A stretch of 64,000 nt of DNA from Pristiophorus japonicus (taxonomy: Eukaryota): positions 54,188,001 through 54,252,000 of the forward strand of contig NC_091989.1 in assembly GCF_044704955.1 (NCBI RefSeq), in the 5' to 3' direction. How positions within the stretch are numbered: position 1 is the first letter of the stretch; each line of letters opens with the position of its first letter. A program made the translations under genes and the position numbers. The notes under the pieces were generated by a model that was not told the DNA's origin, made no database searches, and saw only the letters and a program-made list of their open reading frames with translations. Positions 60,301-64,000 of the stretch are shown here, in pieces.

Positions 60301-63300
60301 ATGAAGATAACCATAGCCAGCCTCAACATCAACGGCGGCAGAGGGGCACGCCGTAGATTTGACAATTTTTCGCTCCTGCGGGAGGAGAAATATGCGGTGT
60401 GCTTCCTGCAAGAAACCCACACCGTTCCGGGAGACGAAGCCACGTGGCTCCTGGAATGGCAAGGAGAGGTCCGCATGAGCCACCTCACCGCCATTTCTAG
60501 TGGGGTGGCCATCTTGCTGGGCCCGCATTTTCAGCCGGAGATCTTGGGGGTCGAGGAGCCCGTGCCAGGCCGCTTGCTGCACGTAACGGTTCGCCTGGGG
60601 GACGTGCCGCTCCATCTCGTGGACGTGTACGCCCCTCAGCCCGGCCCGCAGCAAACACGCTTCTTTGAAGAGGTGTCCGCTCTTCTTGGCTCCGTCGACG
60701 TCGGCGACTGCATTGTCCTCGGGGGGGATTTTAACTGCACCCTCAAGGCGAGGGACCGCTCCGATGCCCCGCAGTGCATGACGGCGATGGAGAAGTTGAG
60801 GGACCTGGTCGGGTCCTTCAACTTGGTGACGTCTGGCGAAATCTCCACCCCGACTCCAGCGCCTTTACTTGGGTGAGGCCTGGAGTAGGATGGTCTAGAG
60901 TCGACCGCCTTTACGTGTCTCGGGCGTACGTTTCCTGCGTCCCGGCGGCCTCCATGCGGCCGGTGCCGTGTTCGGACCACCACCTGGTGTGGGCGGAGCT
61001 CGCTTCGCTCCGTGCGAGGACGGGGTCCGCGTACTGGCACTTTAACAACCGGCTGCTGGAGGACGTGCGGTTCCAGGACTCGTTCCGTCGATTCTGGTCC
61101 GACTGGAGAAGGAAGCAGGGGCGCTTCCCCTCCTTGAGGCTATGGTGGGACGTGGGCAAGGCTCACGTCTGCGTCTTCTGTCAAGAGTACGCGAGGGGGT
61201 CGACCAAGAGGCGGGCGGCCAGAGTCGGGCGCCTAGAAAAAGAGGTGCTCGACCTGGAATCCCGTCTCGGTCAAGTCGTCCAGGACCCGGCCCTGCGGAC
61301 GGTGTACGAAGCGAAGAAGGCTGCGCTGAAGGACCTGCAGCTCGTCGGGTCCCGAGGCGCGTTCGTGAGGTCGCGGATCCGGTTCCTGCGGGATCTGGAC
61401 CGCGGCTCCCCCTTCTTCTACTCGCTGGAAAAAAGGCAGAGTGTCCGTAAGCAGCTCTTGACGCTGCTGGCCGACGACGGCTCTCTTGTCTCGGATCCGG
61501 AGGGCGTCAACAACAGGGCCCGTGAATATTACGGGGCTCTGTTCTCTCCGGATCCGTCCAGCGAGGAAGCGCGTAGAGTTTTGTGGGAGGACCTGCCGAA
61601 GGTCAGCCCGGAGGGCGCCGAAAATCTGGAAGCTCCGCTAAGCCTGGCGGAGCTGACCGGTGCCCTCGACCGGCTCTCGAGGGGAAAATCCCCGGGGCTG
61701 GATGGGCTGACCGTGGAGTTCCACAGGGCGTTCTGGGACGTCCTGGGTTGCGACAACGCGCGGGTCCTGGGGGAAAGTCTGGCGACCGGGGAGATGCTCC
61801 TCTCTTGGCACAGGGCAGTCATCGTCCTGCTGCCTAAGCAGGACGATCTCCGCCTCCTTAAGAACTGGCGCCCGGTCTCCCTCCTCAGCACGGACTACAA
61901 CATCTTTGCCAGGGCGATGTCTGCTCGCCTTGGTGCCGTGCTGGACCACATGATCCACCCCAACCAGTCATACACGGTCCCGGGCCGGACAATCCACGAC
62001 AACATCCATCTGGTCCGGGACCTCATCCATTGTTCCCAGGAGGCTGGTCTGTCGGTCGCCTTCCTATCCCTCGACCAAGAGAAGGCGTTCGACAGGGTGG
62101 ATCACGACTATCTGTTCGGAACTCTGCGCGCTTTCGGGTTCGGGACGCATTTCGTCGCCCGGATCCGACTTTTGTACGCCGCCGCGGAGTGTCTGATTAA
62201 GGTTAACGGGTCCTTGACGGCGCCCCTTCGCTTTAGGAGAGGGGTGCGCCAGGGATGCCCCATGTCCGGCCAGTTATACGCCGTTTGCGTGGAGCCTTTC
62301 CTGCGCCTCTTGCGGACGAGGTTGACGGGACTGGCTCTGCAAGGGCCGGGCGTGGAGGTCGTCCTCTCGGCTTACGCCGATGACGTGCTCCTCGCGGTAG
62401 AGGATCCCGCTGACCTGCGGAGGATGCGAGAGTGCCAGGAGATTTACTCGGCCGCGTCCTCCGCCAGGATCAACTGGGAGAAATGTTCCGGACTCCTGGT
62501 GGGTCAGTGGCGGGTGGACTCCCTGCCGGAGGAGCTCAGGCCTTTTGCCTGGAGCACGACCCATCTCCTGTATCTGGGAGTCTACCTTAGCCCCGACGAG
62601 GGAGCCTGGCCGGCGAACTGGCAGGAGCTGGAGGCCAAGGTCGCCGCTCGCCTAGGGCGCTGGACAGGACTGCTCCGAGTGCTGTCCTACAGGGGTCAAG
62701 CGCTAGTCATAAACCAGCTGGTGGCCGCAATGTTGTGGTACCGGCTGGTCACTTTGACCCCTCCCCCTGCGTTTGTCGCCAAGATACAGAAGAAGCTGGT
62801 GGACTTCTGGAACAACAGGAAGCACTGGGTCTCTGCTGCGGTCTTGAGTCTCCCGCTTGAGGAGGGCAGTCAGTCGTTGGTGTGCGTCAGCGCCCAGCTC
62901 GTGACTTTCCGTCTTCAGACCCTGCAGAGATACCTTTACGTCGAGCCCCCTCCTAGGTGATGTGCTTTGGCGAGGTATTTCTTCCGCCAGCAGCGCGACC
63001 TCAATTATGACACGCAGCTCCTGTTTGTGAACTTGGGGGGTGCCAGGACCGCCCTCCGGGAGCTGCCTGTCTTTTACAGGGAACTCATCAGGGTCTGGAA
63101 CAAAGTCTCCACCAAGCGCAGCTCTCCGCCGACTGGAGTGGCGGCCGTCCTGCAGGAACCGCTGCTCGGGAATCCGTACCTCCACGGCCGAGGTTTTATG
63201 TGGCGGTCGGAAGAGAGGGCTGTGGCTGGTGAGTTGACCAGGGTCAGGGACCTGCTCGATGGCGGAGGAGCGGGCTGGATGGCGCCAGACACGCTGACGC

Positions 63301-64000
63301 GGCACCTAAATTCTGCCAACGTCCGCCACGCGGCCGATGCCATCGAGTCGCTAAAAACAGCTCTGGGCCCTGACTCCGTTAGGTGCATCGAGGAGGCTCA
63401 AGCACGTGGGGAGATCCCGTCCGAACTGACCCCCGTCCGGACGGAATTCCTCATCGGCGCCAAACCCCGGAGCCTCCCTCGGGGGCCGGCGCCTCACAAC
63501 TTGAGCCACCTCGGGGAAATCCCCTCCGTGCCTTTCAGTTCCGCGCGGAGGGGTTTCCTGTACGGGCTGCTCCTGCACACCCTCAACTTTGCCATCCTCG
63601 CCGGCCGTCCGGACACGCCATGGCGTACCATCTTGCCGTCCGGAGGAGGCGGGGGTCCCCGATGGAGGGCACTCTACGCAGGGGTCCTCCCACTATTCAT
63701 CGGGGACTTGGCCTGGAGGGTGGTGCACGGAGCAGTGCCGTGCAACAAATTTTTAAGCCGGTTCACGGACTCCCAGGCCGCCTGCAATTTCTGCGGTCTG
63801 GAAGAGTCCGTGTTCCATGTTTTTACGGAATGCACAAGGTTGCAGCCCCTGTTTTATTATTTGAAGGGGCTGCTCCTGAAATTCTGGCTGCACTTCAGTC
63901 CCACTCTCCTGATCTTTGGGCACCCTGTGCGGAGGGGAGCGGGTAGTTCCGAAGGCCTCCTCGTAGGACTGCTCCTGGGCACGGCCAAGGGTGCCATCAG
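60301..64000 (+). pseudogene. Tx1-B ORF2 copy 2 (frameshift ~60828, stop 62958-62960)
   Basis: Same APE and RT motifs as copy 1, with different lesions. Confidence 0.95.

Larger units (their letters stand above)
57255..64000 (+). mobile_element. Tx1 family B LINE, copy 2 (runs off the window)
   Basis: Starts AATTGTGGAGCAG directly after the 16-bp repeat, like copy 1. Confidence 0.95.

Overview
Eukaryotic DNA that is almost entirely transposon-derived. It most likely comes from a shark or other elasmobranch, judging by the CR1/HER1-type LINEs, a Deu-domain SINE and intron-containing Harbinger Myb genes. No host protein-coding gene is confidently recognisable. Three things stand out. (1) A degenerate endogenous retrovirus-like element at ~7552-15624 has RT, a dead RNase H tether, a second RNase H and integrase. 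Its env is probably spliced and looks like a class I, Mononegavirales-F-type fusion protein (lokiretrovirus-like) with an apparent immunoglobulin domain at the N-terminus. A related solo LTR lies at 310-1918. (2) Three Tx1-clade LINE insertions are stacked head-to-tail at one 16-bp site (TTCATGCACAAGGACC) inside a CR1 LINE (49999-64000), suggesting a retrotransposon that specifically targets another LINE. (3) A second Tx1 family sits in the tRNA head of a DeuSINE. The window also holds many PIF/Harbinger elements (one nearly intact), a truncated Gypsy element, a local tandem duplication with reciprocal filled/empty insertion sites, and a Penelope-type hammerhead ribozyme. All calls come from reading motifs by eye; no searches were run.
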